Positions 1 through 9,460 of a DNA stretch of 31,601 nucleotides are shown here, piece after piece (position 1 is the stretch's first letter; every line of letters starts with the position of its first letter). Under the pieces are notes generated by a model. The model searched no databases. It was not told the origin of the DNA and saw only the letters and a program-made list of their open reading frames with translations. The stretch covers positions 1 through 31,601 of the forward strand of contig JAWOBU010000030.1 in the NCBI GenBank assembly GCA_046484135.1, written 5' to 3'. This DNA is from a bacterium (GTDB lineage: Bacteria > RBG-13-61-14 > DATKZS01). Both the position numbers and the translations under genes were made by a program.

Positions 1-1464
1 AACATCCTGAGCTTCGAGGAGGACTTTCCCAACGCCCGGGTGGTAATGCTCGAAGAGAACTACCGCAGCCGGTCGAACATTATCGAGGCCTCCAGCGAGC
101 TCATAAGCCATAACCGGGAAAGAAAGCCCAAGCGCCTGTGGACGGAGAACCCGCCGGGCGGTCCCATCAAGCTTTACGAGGCGGTGGATGAAGGAGACGA
201 GGCCTCTTATGTTGTTGAAGAAGTTTTGCGCGAGAAAGGCATGGGCCGTGCGTTACGGGACATGGCCGTGTTTTACCGGACCCATTCGCAGTCGCGGGTT
301 TTGGAGGACGTCCTTCGCAAACGGGAGGTTCCTTATAGCGTGTACGGGGGCATCAGGTTTTATGACCGAAAAGAGGTAAAGGACCTCTTGGCGTACCTGC
401 GCTTTCTTGTAAACCCGGCGGACGAGGTAAACCTCTTCCGGATCGTGAACGTACCTCCCCGCGGCATCGGGGCCAAAACGCTTTCCAAGCTGGAACAGAT
501 CAAGACCTCGGAGGGGCTGGACTGGATGCAGGCGCTGGAGCGCGCCTCGGAAGGCGCCGAGCTCGGCCCCAAGTCCCGCGCGGGCATAAAGCGGTTTTAC
601 GATCTCGTCAAGTCGTTTTCGCCGCTTCTGTCGGGTCCGCCGTCGCCGGTAGTTGCCAAAGTGATAGAGGACAGCGGTTACAAGAAGATGCTGGAGGACG
701 AGGGCGGCCCGGAGGCCCGCTCGCGTCTCGAGAACCTGGAGGAGCTTGTTAACGCGGCCGCCGAGTACGAGCTTGCGGAGGAGGGACCTGCTCTTTCGGG
801 TTTTCTGGAAAGGGTCTCCCTCGAGTCCGACATAGACCGGTTCAACCCGGAGGAGGGCAGCCTTACCCTGATGACGCTCCACTCCGCCAAGGGCCTCGAG
901 TTCCCGGTGGTCTTCATGGTGGGGTTGGAGGACGGAGTTTTTCCGCACATCCGGTCCCTCATGGATGACGATGACGAACAGGGCTCGAAGATCGAGGAAG
1001 AGAGGCGGCTTTGTTACGTGGGCATCACGCGGGCCATGGAACAGCTCGTGATCTCCCACGCCGGAAGCCGCATAATACGGGGACAGCGGCAGCGCTCCGA
1101 GCCTTCCCAGTTCCTTTCCGAGATACCGGATTCATTCTTCGAGAAGGCCCGCAAGGGGGGCGCGTTAAAATCCCCCCGCCCCAAGCGCAAAAAGCAGTCT
1201 GATAAAAAGCAGGATGGAAAAAAGCCTGCCCGGGTTGACTACGGAGACTCGGAGCTGGTTTACGAAGACGGGGGGAGCGAGGGCTCTTATGAACACCCGG
1301 ACGGGTTCACGTTTCAAGCGGGCGACGCCATCTATCATCGTTCTTACGGCGAAGGGGTCATAAAGAGGTTCGAGGAATCGGGCGAGCGGTTGAAGATAGT
1401 GGTCAAGTTCGGCTCGAAGACCAAGAAGTTCCTGGCCCGCTATGCTCCGCTCGAGCCGGTTTAG
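1..1464 (+). CDS. uvrD: ATP-dependent DNA helicase UvrD/PcrA family, 5'-truncated by the window edge
   Basis: Frame is open from base 1 (NILSFEEDFPNARVV...). SF1 motifs LEENYRS, YRTHSQSR, GGIRFYDRKEVKD, LMTLHSAKGLEFPVVF, EEERRLCYVGITRA; C-terminal Tudor-like tail (GDAIYHRSYGEG). Confidence 0.95.
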   Translation, partial: NILSFEEDFPNARVVMLEENYRSRSNIIEASSELISHNRERKPKRLWTENPPGGPIKLYEAVDEGDEASYVVEEVLREKGMGRALRDMAVFYRTHSQSRVLEDVLRKREVPYSVYGGIRFYDRKEVKDLLAYLRFLVNPADEVNLFRIVNVPPRGIGAKTLSKLEQIKTSEGLDWMQALERASEGAELGPKSRAGIKRFYDLVKSFSPLLSGPPSPVVAKVIEDSGYKKMLEDEGGPEARSRLENLEELVNAAAEYELAEEGPALSGFLERVSLESDIDRFNPEEGSLTLMTLHSAKGLEFPVVFMVGLEDGVFPHIRSLMDDDDEQGSKIEEERRLCYVGITRAMEQLVISHAGSRIIRGQRQRSEPSQFLSEIPDSFFEKARKGGALKSPRPKRKKQSDKKQDGKKPARVDYGDSELVYEDGGSEGSYEHPDGFTFQAGDAIYHRSYGEGVIKRFEESGERLKIVVKFGSKTKKFLARYAPLEPV

Positions 1465-1484
1465 AGCCGGCAGCCGGAAAGGAG

Positions 1485-2549
1485 TTATTCCTCGCCTGGC
1501 GCGGCCTGCTTATCGCCGGTATCAGTGCCTTTGGTCTTTTCCGGCGGAGTAGGATAGGGCGGCTTTCCCACCACGCTGCCCACGTTCACGGTGATGCCTT
1601 CCTGCTGGAAGAACTCCCGGAGAATCCTCTCCACGTCTTTCCTGGTCGTGCCTTCAAACTCTTCTTCCATGCGGGCGGTGAAGCGGTCGAGGCGGTCGGC
1701 CACCTGCGCCAGGTCCTCGGAGGCCTCGAGCAGGCGCTCGGTTTTCTCCCGGACCTTTTTTTTGTCCTCCGGCATAAAGCCTTTGAGGTCGGTTACGGTA
1801 CGGTCGAGCTTCTTCACGAGCTCGCGGCCGTCGCCCATCAGTACCCTGGCTTCGTTCAATGCGGGCTGTGCCTGTCCCGCGGTGGTTTCGAGGTCGTCGA
1901 GCAGTGGTCCGACTCTGGGCTTGAGCTCGGACGACATGGCGGAGAGGTCCTCGGAGGCGTCGGCCAGGTTGTTAAGCGCCCGGCGGGCCTCTTCCACGTC
2001 CTCCGCCCGTAGGCTGGCCAGGGTAGACAAAATTTGCCGGAGGTTCTCCCGGTCTTCCGGTGACAAGCCTTCCATGATGGCCTTGATCTGCTCTAAGAGA
2101 TACACCCCTTCGTTGAGAAGCTGGTCCAGTCGGGGAGGGTCTTCTCCCCTTACGATGTCCTCATCCTTTAACACCGGGGAGTCCGAAGACCCGGGAGATA
2201 TCTCCATGATCTTGCCTCCCAGGAGGCTCTCCATGTGCACGGCAAAAGTCGAGTCCCTCCGGATCAGCTTCTTGGCCCGCTTGTCTATCACCAGCCCCAG
2301 CTCCATGGTGGGCCGGTCTTCTTCCGGCTTCTTGGCGAAATGAATGGACTCGACCCTTCCCACCTTTGCCCCGGCCAGGTGAACGTCGGAGCCGGGCTTG
2401 ATCCCGCCCGCGTAATCCAGGGAGACCTTTATGTTATAGGTGTTGGTAAAAGGGTTGTAATCCCCGAGCAGGAACAAAAAGGCCAGCACCAGCCCGATGG
2501 CCACAACAACCACAATACCAACTTTTACTTCGATGCTAAGCCTTTCCAT
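1485..2549 (-). CDS. mlaD: MlaD/MCE-domain protein with long helical extension
   Basis: N-terminal TM (EVKVGIVVVVAIGLV), MCE motifs GIKPGSDVHLAGAKVGRV and SLLGGKIMEISPG, coiled C-terminus; last gene of the mla-like operon. Confidence 0.9.
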   Translation of the reverse strand: MERLSIEVKVGIVVVVAIGLVLAFLFLLGDYNPFTNTYNIKVSLDYAGGIKPGSDVHLAGAKVGRVESIHFAKKPEEDRPTMELGLVIDKRAKKLIRRDSTFAVHMESLLGGKIMEISPGSSDSPVLKDEDIVRGEDPPRLDQLLNEGVYLLEQIKAIMEGLSPEDRENLRQILSTLASLRAEDVEEARRALNNLADASEDLSAMSSELKPRVGPLLDDLETTAGQAQPALNEARVLMGDGRELVKKLDRTVTDLKGFMPEDKKKVREKTERLLEASEDLAQVADRLDRFTARMEEEFEGTTRKDVERILREFFQQEGITVNVGSVVGKPPYPTPPEKTKGTDTGDKQAAPGEE

Positions 2550-2567
2550 GTTTTATCAAATTCCCTT

Positions 2568-3440
2568 TCACAGAAAGCTCATGGCAGCGACCACAAGTTT
2601 ATCAGCGATAGCTGTAATGGTAAAGTCAATAACAATTATGATAAGGATGGATGCAACCACCGCACGGGTGGTGGCGTCCCCCACGCCGCGGGCCCCGCCC
2701 ACGCAGCGGAACCCGTAAAAGCAACTCACAATGGGCACTACCCATCCCAGGGCCACGGCCTTCAACACCAGGTTTATGAAGTCCGGCCATCCTACGTAGG
2801 AGTTCATGATGCCGATGTAGGACTGGAAGTTGAAAGCGGGCCGGCTGGCCAGGTACCCCCCCATGATGCAGCAGAAGAGCCCGATGATGCTGAGCGCCAC
2901 CTGCATGACCATGCAGGCCACGAAACGAGGCACCGTGAGGTAATGGACCGGGCTCACTCCCATGAGCTTAAGGGCGTCCACCTGGTCGGTGGTGTTCATG
3001 CTTCCGATCTGGGCGGTAAAGCCGGCGCCCACCTTGGCCGCCATCATGCAGGCCACCACCGTGGGCCCAAACTCCCGGAAGAAAAGGAGACCCGCGATCC
3101 CCGGCACCAGGCTGGTGTTATGCAAAAGCCGGGAAAGCTGGAAGTTGAGCTCGAGGACGAGGATCATGCCCAGAAAGCCCAGGGTGACGGCGATAAGTGG
3201 CACGGATTTCCATCCCGCCAGCTCGGCCTGGGAGATCATGAGCCGCAAGCGATAGGGCGGCTGCAAAAGATAAAACAGCGTCTGCGCCAGCAGCTTCACT
3301 ATGCCGCCCATGGTTTCCAGGAAAGCGATTATCACCCTGCCGATGCCCTGGACGGTGATCCCCATGCGGGCGATGTAAAGAAGCTGGTCCAGGGTGATAA
3401 GTATCACCCGCAGGGTGGGGTTTTTGATTCTCGTGCTCAT
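2568..3440 (-). CDS. mlaE: MlaE-family ABC permease (copy 2)
   Basis: REFGP, AAKVGAGFTAQIGSM, DQVDAL, VPRFVA, GARGVGDATTRAVV. Start placed at ATG 3440 (MSTRIK), overlapping the stop of the upstream permease. Confidence 0.92.
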   Translation of the reverse strand: MSTRIKNPTLRVILITLDQLLYIARMGITVQGIGRVIIAFLETMGGIVKLLAQTLFYLLQPPYRLRLMISQAELAGWKSVPLIAVTLGFLGMILVLELNFQLSRLLHNTSLVPGIAGLLFFREFGPTVVACMMAAKVGAGFTAQIGSMNTTDQVDALKLMGVSPVHYLTVPRFVACMVMQVALSIIGLFCCIMGGYLASRPAFNFQSYIGIMNSYVGWPDFINLVLKAVALGWVVPIVSCFYGFRCVGGARGVGDATTRAVVASILIIIVIDFTITAIADKLVVAAMSFL

Positions 3441-4297
3441 GGTATCTCCATAAAGAACAGGAAGCTTTCCGCGACCTCGAAGGTGATCGAGGCCACCCGG
3501 GCGATGATATAGTCGGCCAGAAAGATGGCGATGGAGCTGGTCACCAGGCACGAGTTTACTGCCCTGCCCACTCCTTCGGAGCCGCCTTCGGTGTAGAGCC
3601 CCTTGTAACAGCACACCGTGGAAAGGACCACCCCGAAAAGCAGGCTCTTGAACATGCCGTTGAACAAGGCCCAGGCGGCCGCCAGGCTGCGGATGCTGGC
3701 GAAGTACTTGCTAATGCCCATGTCAGCCAGAAAAAAAGCGGAGAGCGCTCCTCCGGCGGTCGCGATGATCAAGCCGAGAATGGTCAGGACAAATATCATG
3801 ACCGTTACCGCCAGAAAGCGCGGGACCACCAGGAACTGGACGGGGTCCGCGCCCAGGCACCGCACCGCATCCACCTGCTCGGTGACCTTCATGGTGCCGA
3901 GCTCCGCGGTAATGTACGCCCCCACCCGCGCCGCGATCATGACCGATACCAGCACCGGGCCGACCTCCCGCAGGATGCCCGAAGTGGTCACGCCTCCCAG
4001 GTACTGGAGGGCCCCGGCGCCGAACCGCGACAGGGCATAGTTGAACTGGAGCGAAACTATGGCCCCCACGAAAAGGCCGGCCAGGCCCACTACCGGTATG
4101 GAGCGGACGCCCACCTGGTAAAGCTGCAAGATGAGCTCGCGGACCTCGAAGGGACGGCGGAACACGGCACGGAGCACCTTGAGAAGAAAGATCAGCATCG
4201 CGCCGATCTCGTAAAGCACTGGCCCGAGCCAGGTGAAAAGGTAGCCGGTCACCATGAAGGGCAACTGCCAGGCGAGGGTAAGAACTCGTTTAATCAA
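3437..4297 (-). CDS. mlaE: MlaE-family ABC permease (copy 1)
   Basis: REVGPVL, AARVGAYITAELGTMKVTEQVDA, GGSEGVGRAV. Confidence 0.93.
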   Translation of the reverse strand: MIKRVLTLAWQLPFMVTGYLFTWLGPVLYEIGAMLIFLLKVLRAVFRRPFEVRELILQLYQVGVRSIPVVGLAGLFVGAIVSLQFNYALSRFGAGALQYLGGVTTSGILREVGPVLVSVMIAARVGAYITAELGTMKVTEQVDAVRCLGADPVQFLVVPRFLAVTVMIFVLTILGLIIATAGGALSAFFLADMGISKYFASIRSLAAAWALFNGMFKSLLFGVVLSTVCCYKGLYTEGGSEGVGRAVNSCLVTSSIAIFLADYIIARVASITFEVAESFLFFMEIP

Positions 4298-5025
4298 GTC
4301 GCGCTCCCGCTTCGGAACTTTACGACCTCGGGATCGTTGCAGGAGTCGAACTCCGGGACGGTGCCCACGAAACGGAACACGCCGTCGTAAAGAAGCCCCA
4401 CCCGGTCGGCCACTTTTGCCATGCTTGCGAGGTCATGACTTACCACGATGGCGGTGGCCCCCATCTTTTGGTTGAGACTTAAGATCAGCTCGTTGATTCG
4501 GTCCGCGGTAAACGGGTCAAGCCCGGTAGTGGGCTCATCGTAAAGGATGTAGCGGGGCGAAAGGATAACCGTGCGTGCCAGCCCGACCCGCTTCTGCTCG
4601 CCGAAGCTGAGCTCGTGCGGCAGCCGGAGTAAAGTCGAGGGATGGAGCTCCACGTCTTGAAGAGCGCTCGAGACGCGCTCGCCGATCTCCTCTTCCGAAC
4701 GGCTGCCCAGCCTTCGGAGTCCGAAGGCCACGTTCTCGAACACGGTCATGGAGTCGAACAGGGTGGGAAGCTGGAACACCATGCCGCACTTCTTGCGGAC
4801 CTCCTGGAAGCCCTCTTCCGAAAGCCCCGTGATGTCTTCGCCGTCAATGCGCACCGAGCCGCGGTCGGCGCGAAGCAGGCCCACCAGAAGGCGGATCATC
4901 ACCGTCTTGCCCGCGCCGGTCTGGCCGAGCACGAAAAAGGTCTCCCCCTCCCGGACGTTAAGGGAGATGCCCGCCAACACCCGGTTGTCGCCGAAGCTCT
5001 TCCAGACGTCTTCGTACTCGATCAT
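4294..5025 (-). CDS. mlaF: MlaF-family ABC ATPase (canonical Walker B and H-loop, degenerate signature LSFGE)
   Basis: GQTGAGKT, MVFQLPTLFDSMTVFENV, LSFGEQKRV, YDEPTTGLDP, VSHD. Confidence 0.92.
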   Translation of the reverse strand: MIEYEDVWKSFGDNRVLAGISLNVREGETFFVLGQTGAGKTVMIRLLVGLLRADRGSVRIDGEDITGLSEEGFQEVRKKCGMVFQLPTLFDSMTVFENVAFGLRRLGSRSEEEIGERVSSALQDVELHPSTLLRLPHELSFGEQKRVGLARTVILSPRYILYDEPTTGLDPFTADRINELILSLNQKMGATAIVVSHDLASMAKVADRVGLLYDGVFRFVGTVPEFDSCNDPEVVKFRSGSAT

Positions 5026-5780
5026 GACTTTTCCTGCGGGTCCGGCTCCATGAGGGAGGAAGCGTCCAGCGAGGGAATGTCCGAAGCGGATAGCTCGTGC
5101 ACCGGTCCCAGGTCCAACGAGGCGCCCTGCCGGATCAACACCGCGCGGTCCGCGGTCCTCCGGGCCACCGACAGGTCATTGGTGACCACCAGGCCGGACT
5201 GCCTGCCGCCGGAGCTGAGCTCGGCGATCAGGTCGGCGATGACTCTCGAGGTGATGGGGTCCAGGCCCGCGGTGGGGTCGTCGTAAAACACCACCCGTGG
5301 ATTATGGGCGATGGCCCGGGCTATGCCCACCCGCTTCTTCATGCCGCCGGATAGCTCGGAAGGGTACTTGTCGCTTATGGGGCCCAGGCGAAGCCTCTCG
5401 AGAAGACCGGCCACCCGCGCGTCAATTTCCGAGCGTTCCAGCCGCAATACTTCCTGAAGAACAAAACCCACGTTGCCGTAGACCGTCATGGAATCGAAAA
5501 GCGCGTTGCCCTGGAACAGCATGCCCGAGGACCTCCGGATGCGCTCGAGGTTGCTCCGGTCTCTCTTCGTCATCGAGTGGCCCGCCACCGAGACCTCGCC
5601 TGCCTCGAGCTCCACCAGCCCGACCAGGGACCGCAGCAAGGTGCTCTTCCCCGATCCCGATACACCCATCAGCGCCACGATCTCGCCCGGCTCCACGCAA
5701 AGGTCAACACAGTCAAGGACCGCCCGGTCGCCCAAGCTGACCCGCAAACCCCGCGCTTCTATCATTCCGTCCGAATCCAA
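5022..5780 (-). CDS. mlaF: MlaF-family ABC ATPase (canonical signature, degenerate Walker B and H-loop); start could be ATG 5765
   Basis: GVSGSGKS, MLFQGNALFDSMTV, LSGGMKKRVGIARA, YDDPTAGLDP, VTND. Confidence 0.9.
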   Translation of the reverse strand: MDSDGMIEARGLRVSLGDRAVLDCVDLCVEPGEIVALMGVSGSGKSTLLRSLVGLVELEAGEVSVAGHSMTKRDRSNLERIRRSSGMLFQGNALFDSMTVYGNVGFVLQEVLRLERSEIDARVAGLLERLRLGPISDKYPSELSGGMKKRVGIARAIAHNPRVVFYDDPTAGLDPITSRVIADLIAELSSGGRQSGLVVTNDLSVARRTADRAVLIRQGASLDLGPVHELSASDIPSLDASSLMEPDPQEKS

Positions 5781-5878
5781 TTAAACCTCTCTAGGAAAGT
5801 TTACGCCGGTGTCCCCTTCTTGTAAACAAAAAGGTGGTAAGATTTGGGGGAGAGACCTTCTATTGGGTGAAACCCCTG

Positions 5879-5929
5879 GTGGGAGAGACCTCCAGGTCTC
5901 GATCATCGCGAGCTGGAACTCGCTCCCAC
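5879..5929. repeat. REP doublet (inverted pair of REP-like palindromes, REPIN-like)
   Basis: GTGGGAGAGACCTCCAGGTCTCGAT (5879-5903) faces ATCGCGAGCTGGAACTCGCTCCCAC (5905-5929; reverse complement GTGGGAGCGAGTTCCAGCTCGCGAT). Each has a GTGG tetranucleotide foot plus a short hairpin; location is intergenic. Confidence 0.7.
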
Positions 5930-6003
5930 CTTCAAGCTCCATCCACCTGCAGGAGTTAAAATTCTTCCAAAAATTTCCAAGAGGGAACTCTGTTGCCGAA
6001 GCC

Positions 6004-6903
6004 CTACCGGACTCGCAGCCTTGCCAGGACCGCTTTATGATCGGAAGGGCGTCGGTCCTTGCCGTAGGTCTCGGCCAGAACGGCGTAGGAGAGGACCTCC
6101 ATCCCCTCGGACACAAAGATGTAATCAATCCTCTTTTCGCGCTTGGGACGGGGCTGGAAGCTCCAGGAGGTGGCGGACGGTCCTTGCGGAGGGCTTTTCG
6201 ATACTTTTCTTCCGTCGCGGAAGCTGCTTGTCATGACCTGGTAAGGCTTCGAGTCGGGCGTAGCGTTGAAGTCCCCGGTTATCACCACCGGCGACTCGCC
6301 CGCTATCTCTTCGACTTTGCGGGAGAGAAGCTTTGCGCTTTCTAACCTGGCTTTCCTGCCGGCGTGGTCGAAGTGGGTGTTGAAGATATAGAACTCCTTG
6401 CCGGTCTTTAAGTCCCGGAGCTTCCCCCAGGTGACGATGCGGGGGAAGAGCGAGTCCCATGATTTGGAGCCTGCTTTGTCGGGCGTGGTGGAAAGCCAGA
6501 AGGTGCCGTGCTGAAGTAGCTTAAGCCGCGAGCTCTTGTAAAAGACCTTGCAGCGTTCACCCAAGAGCCTGCCGTCCATTCTCGGCCTGCCGAAGCTCTC
6601 GTAGCCGGAAAGCATCCTCTGCAAGTCCTGGTGCTGGAGCGCCTTGACCTCCTGGAGACCCATCAAGTCAGGATCGTGACGAAGAATGTAGTCGCCCACT
6701 TCCTCCGAACGAAAGAACCACATGTCCGCGCCGTCCTCGAGGGCAATGCACCTGATATTCAAGCTCATCACCCGGAGGGGTTGATTGTCCGTCCCCTCCG
6801 CCGGCGCCGGCCCGCTCATGACACAGGCGGCCAGGACCAGCCCGACCGCGGCCGCTGTTTTCCTCCGAAGTTTAAAGCTCATGTTACTTTCCTTTCTTTC
6901 CAC
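6004..6903 (-). CDS. Secreted endonuclease/exonuclease/phosphatase (EEP) family protein
   Basis: Signal peptide, VMSLNIR, GLQEV, NTHFDH, TGDFNA, RIDYIF, SDHKAV. Confidence 0.92.
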   Translation of the reverse strand: MERKESNMSFKLRRKTAAAVGLVLAACVMSGPAPAEGTDNQPLRVMSLNIRCIALEDGADMWFFRSEEVGDYILRHDPDLMGLQEVKALQHQDLQRMLSGYESFGRPRMDGRLLGERCKVFYKSSRLKLLQHGTFWLSTTPDKAGSKSWDSLFPRIVTWGKLRDLKTGKEFYIFNTHFDHAGRKARLESAKLLSRKVEEIAGESPVVITGDFNATPDSKPYQVMTSSFRDGRKVSKSPPQGPSATSWSFQPRPKREKRIDYIFVSEGMEVLSYAVLAETYGKDRRPSDHKAVLARLRVR

Positions 6904-7999
6904 TTGTTACCTCTGCCGTCTTCCATTTCTCGATTCGTTCCTCAACTACTTCGTGTCCTATGCCCGGCTCTTGCGAAAGCTCGATCACGCCGTCCTTCAT
7001 AACCACCCGCGGTTCTATGATGTCCTCTTCCCAGTAACGGTCGCCCGCGGAGATGTCCCCCGGCAGGGAGAACTCAGTCAGGCTGTTCAAAGCCAGGTTA
7101 TGGACACGGCCGATGCCGCTTTCCAGCATGCCTCCGCACCACACCGCAATCCCCTGGAAGAAGCTTCTCTTTGCCATCTCCCGGGCCTTTTGCAGGCCGC
7201 CTACCCTGCCGAACTTCAGGTTTACCACCCGGCAGGAACCCAGGGCCACCGCGGCCTGCAGATGATGGATGTCCGGGATGGACTCGTCCAGGCAGATGTG
7301 GGTCCGCAACCGCTTCTGCAGCTCGGCGTGGTCCACCAGGTCGCAGGAGTGGAGCGGCTGCTCGATCATGATGAGATGAAACCCGTCCAGGGTCTGAAGC
7401 CGGTCCAGGTCCTCCAGGGTATAAGAACAGTTGGCGTCAACCATGAGGGGGAAGTAATCAAAGTACTCCCTGATCGCCCCCACCACCGACACGTCCTGGC
7501 CCGGCTTTATCTTGATCTTGATCCGCTTGTACCCCTCGGAAAGAGCCCGCTGGATGTTTTTAAAAAGCGCGTCCTGCTCGGGCTCGATGCCGAGGCTCAC
7601 GCCCGCGTCAATCTCGGTCCGCGTTCCTCCCAGCCACTCGTAAACGGGCATGCTCCGGCTCCGGCAGTAAAGGTCAATAAAAGCGGTCTCCAGGCCGGTG
7701 GCGGTAAACGGGTGTGCTTTGATCCCGTCCAGCGCGGCCAGGAACTCGGCCGGGTCCCGGAAGTCGCGGCCCGTGATCAAGGGAAAAAAGTACTTCTCGA
7801 GCATAAGAAGCGATACCGGCGGAGTCTCACCACAGTAGTCGGGATACTCGGACACCGCGGCCTCGCCCCAGCCGACGAGGCCTTCCGAGTACAGTTTGAC
7901 AAGCACGACCTCCCGCTCCGACTGCCTGCCGTAGCTGGTCTCGAAAGCGGTCTTTAAAGGCATCTTGATAGAACAGGCCTCGGCCCTTTCTATCTTCAT
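6884..7999 (-). CDS. menC: o-succinylbenzoate synthase / N-succinylamino acid racemase (NSAR/OSBS, enolase superfamily)
   Basis: FETSYG, KIKIKPG (KxK), VDAN, IEQP, LDES, NLKFGRVGG, WCGGMLESGIGR, PGDIS. Confidence 0.88.
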   Translation of the reverse strand: MKIERAEACSIKMPLKTAFETSYGRQSEREVVLVKLYSEGLVGWGEAAVSEYPDYCGETPPVSLLMLEKYFFPLITGRDFRDPAEFLAALDGIKAHPFTATGLETAFIDLYCRSRSMPVYEWLGGTRTEIDAGVSLGIEPEQDALFKNIQRALSEGYKRIKIKIKPGQDVSVVGAIREYFDYFPLMVDANCSYTLEDLDRLQTLDGFHLIMIEQPLHSCDLVDHAELQKRLRTHICLDESIPDIHHLQAAVALGSCRVVNLKFGRVGGLQKAREMAKRSFFQGIAVWCGGMLESGIGRVHNLALNSLTEFSLPGDISAGDRYWEEDIIEPRVVMKDGVIELSQEPGIGHEVVEERIEKWKTAEVTSGKKGK

Positions 8000-8880
8000 T
8001 TAAGCTCTCCCTTCTCCAGAACGTAGTAATTGGGACCCGGCGCGCCCGAGCCCGGTATCAGGCCGGTTATGGCGTACCCGTCCTCGAAAAGACCGGAAAT
8101 AATCTTTCTCAAGCACAAAAGTATTGATTCGGCCTTCTCAGGCTCGCGCTCCGCGAGCTCGGGCACGCCTTCGGGAATCCGGACCAGCACCGGTCCGGCG
8201 TCCCCCGGTTCTTTTGATCCTTCTTCAATGGACAGTATTGTAGCACCGGCGTAGCATGCCTCCAATTCCTCCGGCGAAGGGACCTTTCCCGCGAGCCGCT
8301 CCTGTACTCTTCTTGCGGAAAGCCTCCATTCCAGGAGCAGGCGGTCGGTGGGAAGTCCCGGGTCGAAACTGCCGCCCATGCGGCCGTACAGGTCGGGCAG
8401 GTAGTGCCGGGAGACTGCGCCCAGCTTCCTGAAGTTCAGGTTGGCGTTGGCCGCCTGCAAAGGATCAAAGGTCCAGGTTATAAGCTCGACCCCCTCGCGC
8501 CCGGCCAGGAGAGCGTGGACCCGCTTGGCCTCCAATCCCAGGCCCCGAAACCGGTACTCCGGCAAAAAGCCCATGAAGTTCGAGTGATGATGGTACCCCC
8601 ACTCTTTTGTAAAAGCGGGCATCGCGTAAACCAGGCCCGCACGGGCGCCGTCAACCTCGATCCCCACAACAAGCCCGCCCGTCTTCACCACTACTACAGC
8701 CTCGTGAAGAGGTATCTCCTCTTTTTCCGAGAAACCCCAGATGCGGTTTAAGAGCTCCAGGTAAGGCGCAAGCTCCGAAGCAGTCAAGAGCCGCTCCATA
8801 CAAAGCTTCCGGCCCTGGATATCCTTCTCGAAACGCTTGTCCGCTATGGTCTCACTGAAGCCGTAATCCATGTAAGTCAT
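7996..8880 (-). CDS. GNAT-family acyltransferase (D-amino-acid N-succinyltransferase-like partner of NSAR)
   Basis: HSNFMGFLPEYRFRGLGLEAK, ITWTFDPLQAANANLNFRKLGA, YG...PTDRL; translationally coupled to the NSAR/OSBS gene. Confidence 0.85.
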   Translation of the reverse strand: MTYMDYGFSETIADKRFEKDIQGRKLCMERLLTASELAPYLELLNRIWGFSEKEEIPLHEAVVVVKTGGLVVGIEVDGARAGLVYAMPAFTKEWGYHHHSNFMGFLPEYRFRGLGLEAKRVHALLAGREGVELITWTFDPLQAANANLNFRKLGAVSRHYLPDLYGRMGGSFDPGLPTDRLLLEWRLSARRVQERLAGKVPSPEELEACYAGATILSIEEGSKEPGDAGPVLVRIPEGVPELAEREPEKAESILLCLRKIISGLFEDGYAITGLIPGSGAPGPNYYVLEKGELK

Positions 8881-8956
8881 ATCCCCGCTTTCTTTATAGT
8901 AAAATGATCAACGCCATTTACCGACTTTTCCGGAGGTGTTTGCTTCAGGTGATCTC

Positions 8957-9327
8957 ATGGCGGAAGATGCTTCCGGCAAAACCTCGCCGTGCCGCAAGGT
9001 CCGGTTCCTGTTAATACCTCATACCCACCGGGACCGGGAGTGGTACCTTCCTCTCGAGGAGTTCCGCTACCGGCTGGTCCGGCTTCTGGACCGCGTCATG
9101 GAGCTCATCGAGTCCGAGCCGGAGTTCCGATGCTTTCTGTTGGACGGCCAGTCCATCATCCTGAAAGATTACCTCGAGATCAAACCGGAGGGCGACAAAA
9201 GGCTTCGTGGACGTGGGCGACCGGGGATACCTATAAATTCGATCCGTTGGCCGGAGACCGGACCTTGTGCGAGCCTCACCGGGGCTCCCTGAAGACGGTG
9301 ACCATGAAGTTCTCCCATTTTTTATGA
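8957..9327 (+). pseudogene. GH38 alpha-mannosidase / mannosylglycerate hydrolase (MngB-like) remnant
   Basis: N-terminal motif PHTHRDREWY (consensus HTHWDREWY) and FLLDGQSIILKDYLEIKPE, joined abruptly to a frameshifted distal motif FVDVGDRG/DTYKFDPLAGD; only ~370 bp of what is normally a gene of several hundred codons. Confidence 0.75.
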
Positions 9328-9460
9328 CCGGTCAGTCCCTCCATAAGCGGCTCCGGCAAGCAAGACATTTGGCTTTGTTTCCAATCGGGGAACATACAAC
9401 TCTTTGTCAAATGGATTGAACCACTCAGCCGACATGATAGCCCATTCTCGGCCATTGACT

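Noticed and set aside
2235..3512. 425-aa plus-strand ORF (and similar long ORFs at 6785-7957, 21305-22387 and 23553-24506)
   Set aside because: Antisense shadows of well-supported genes.
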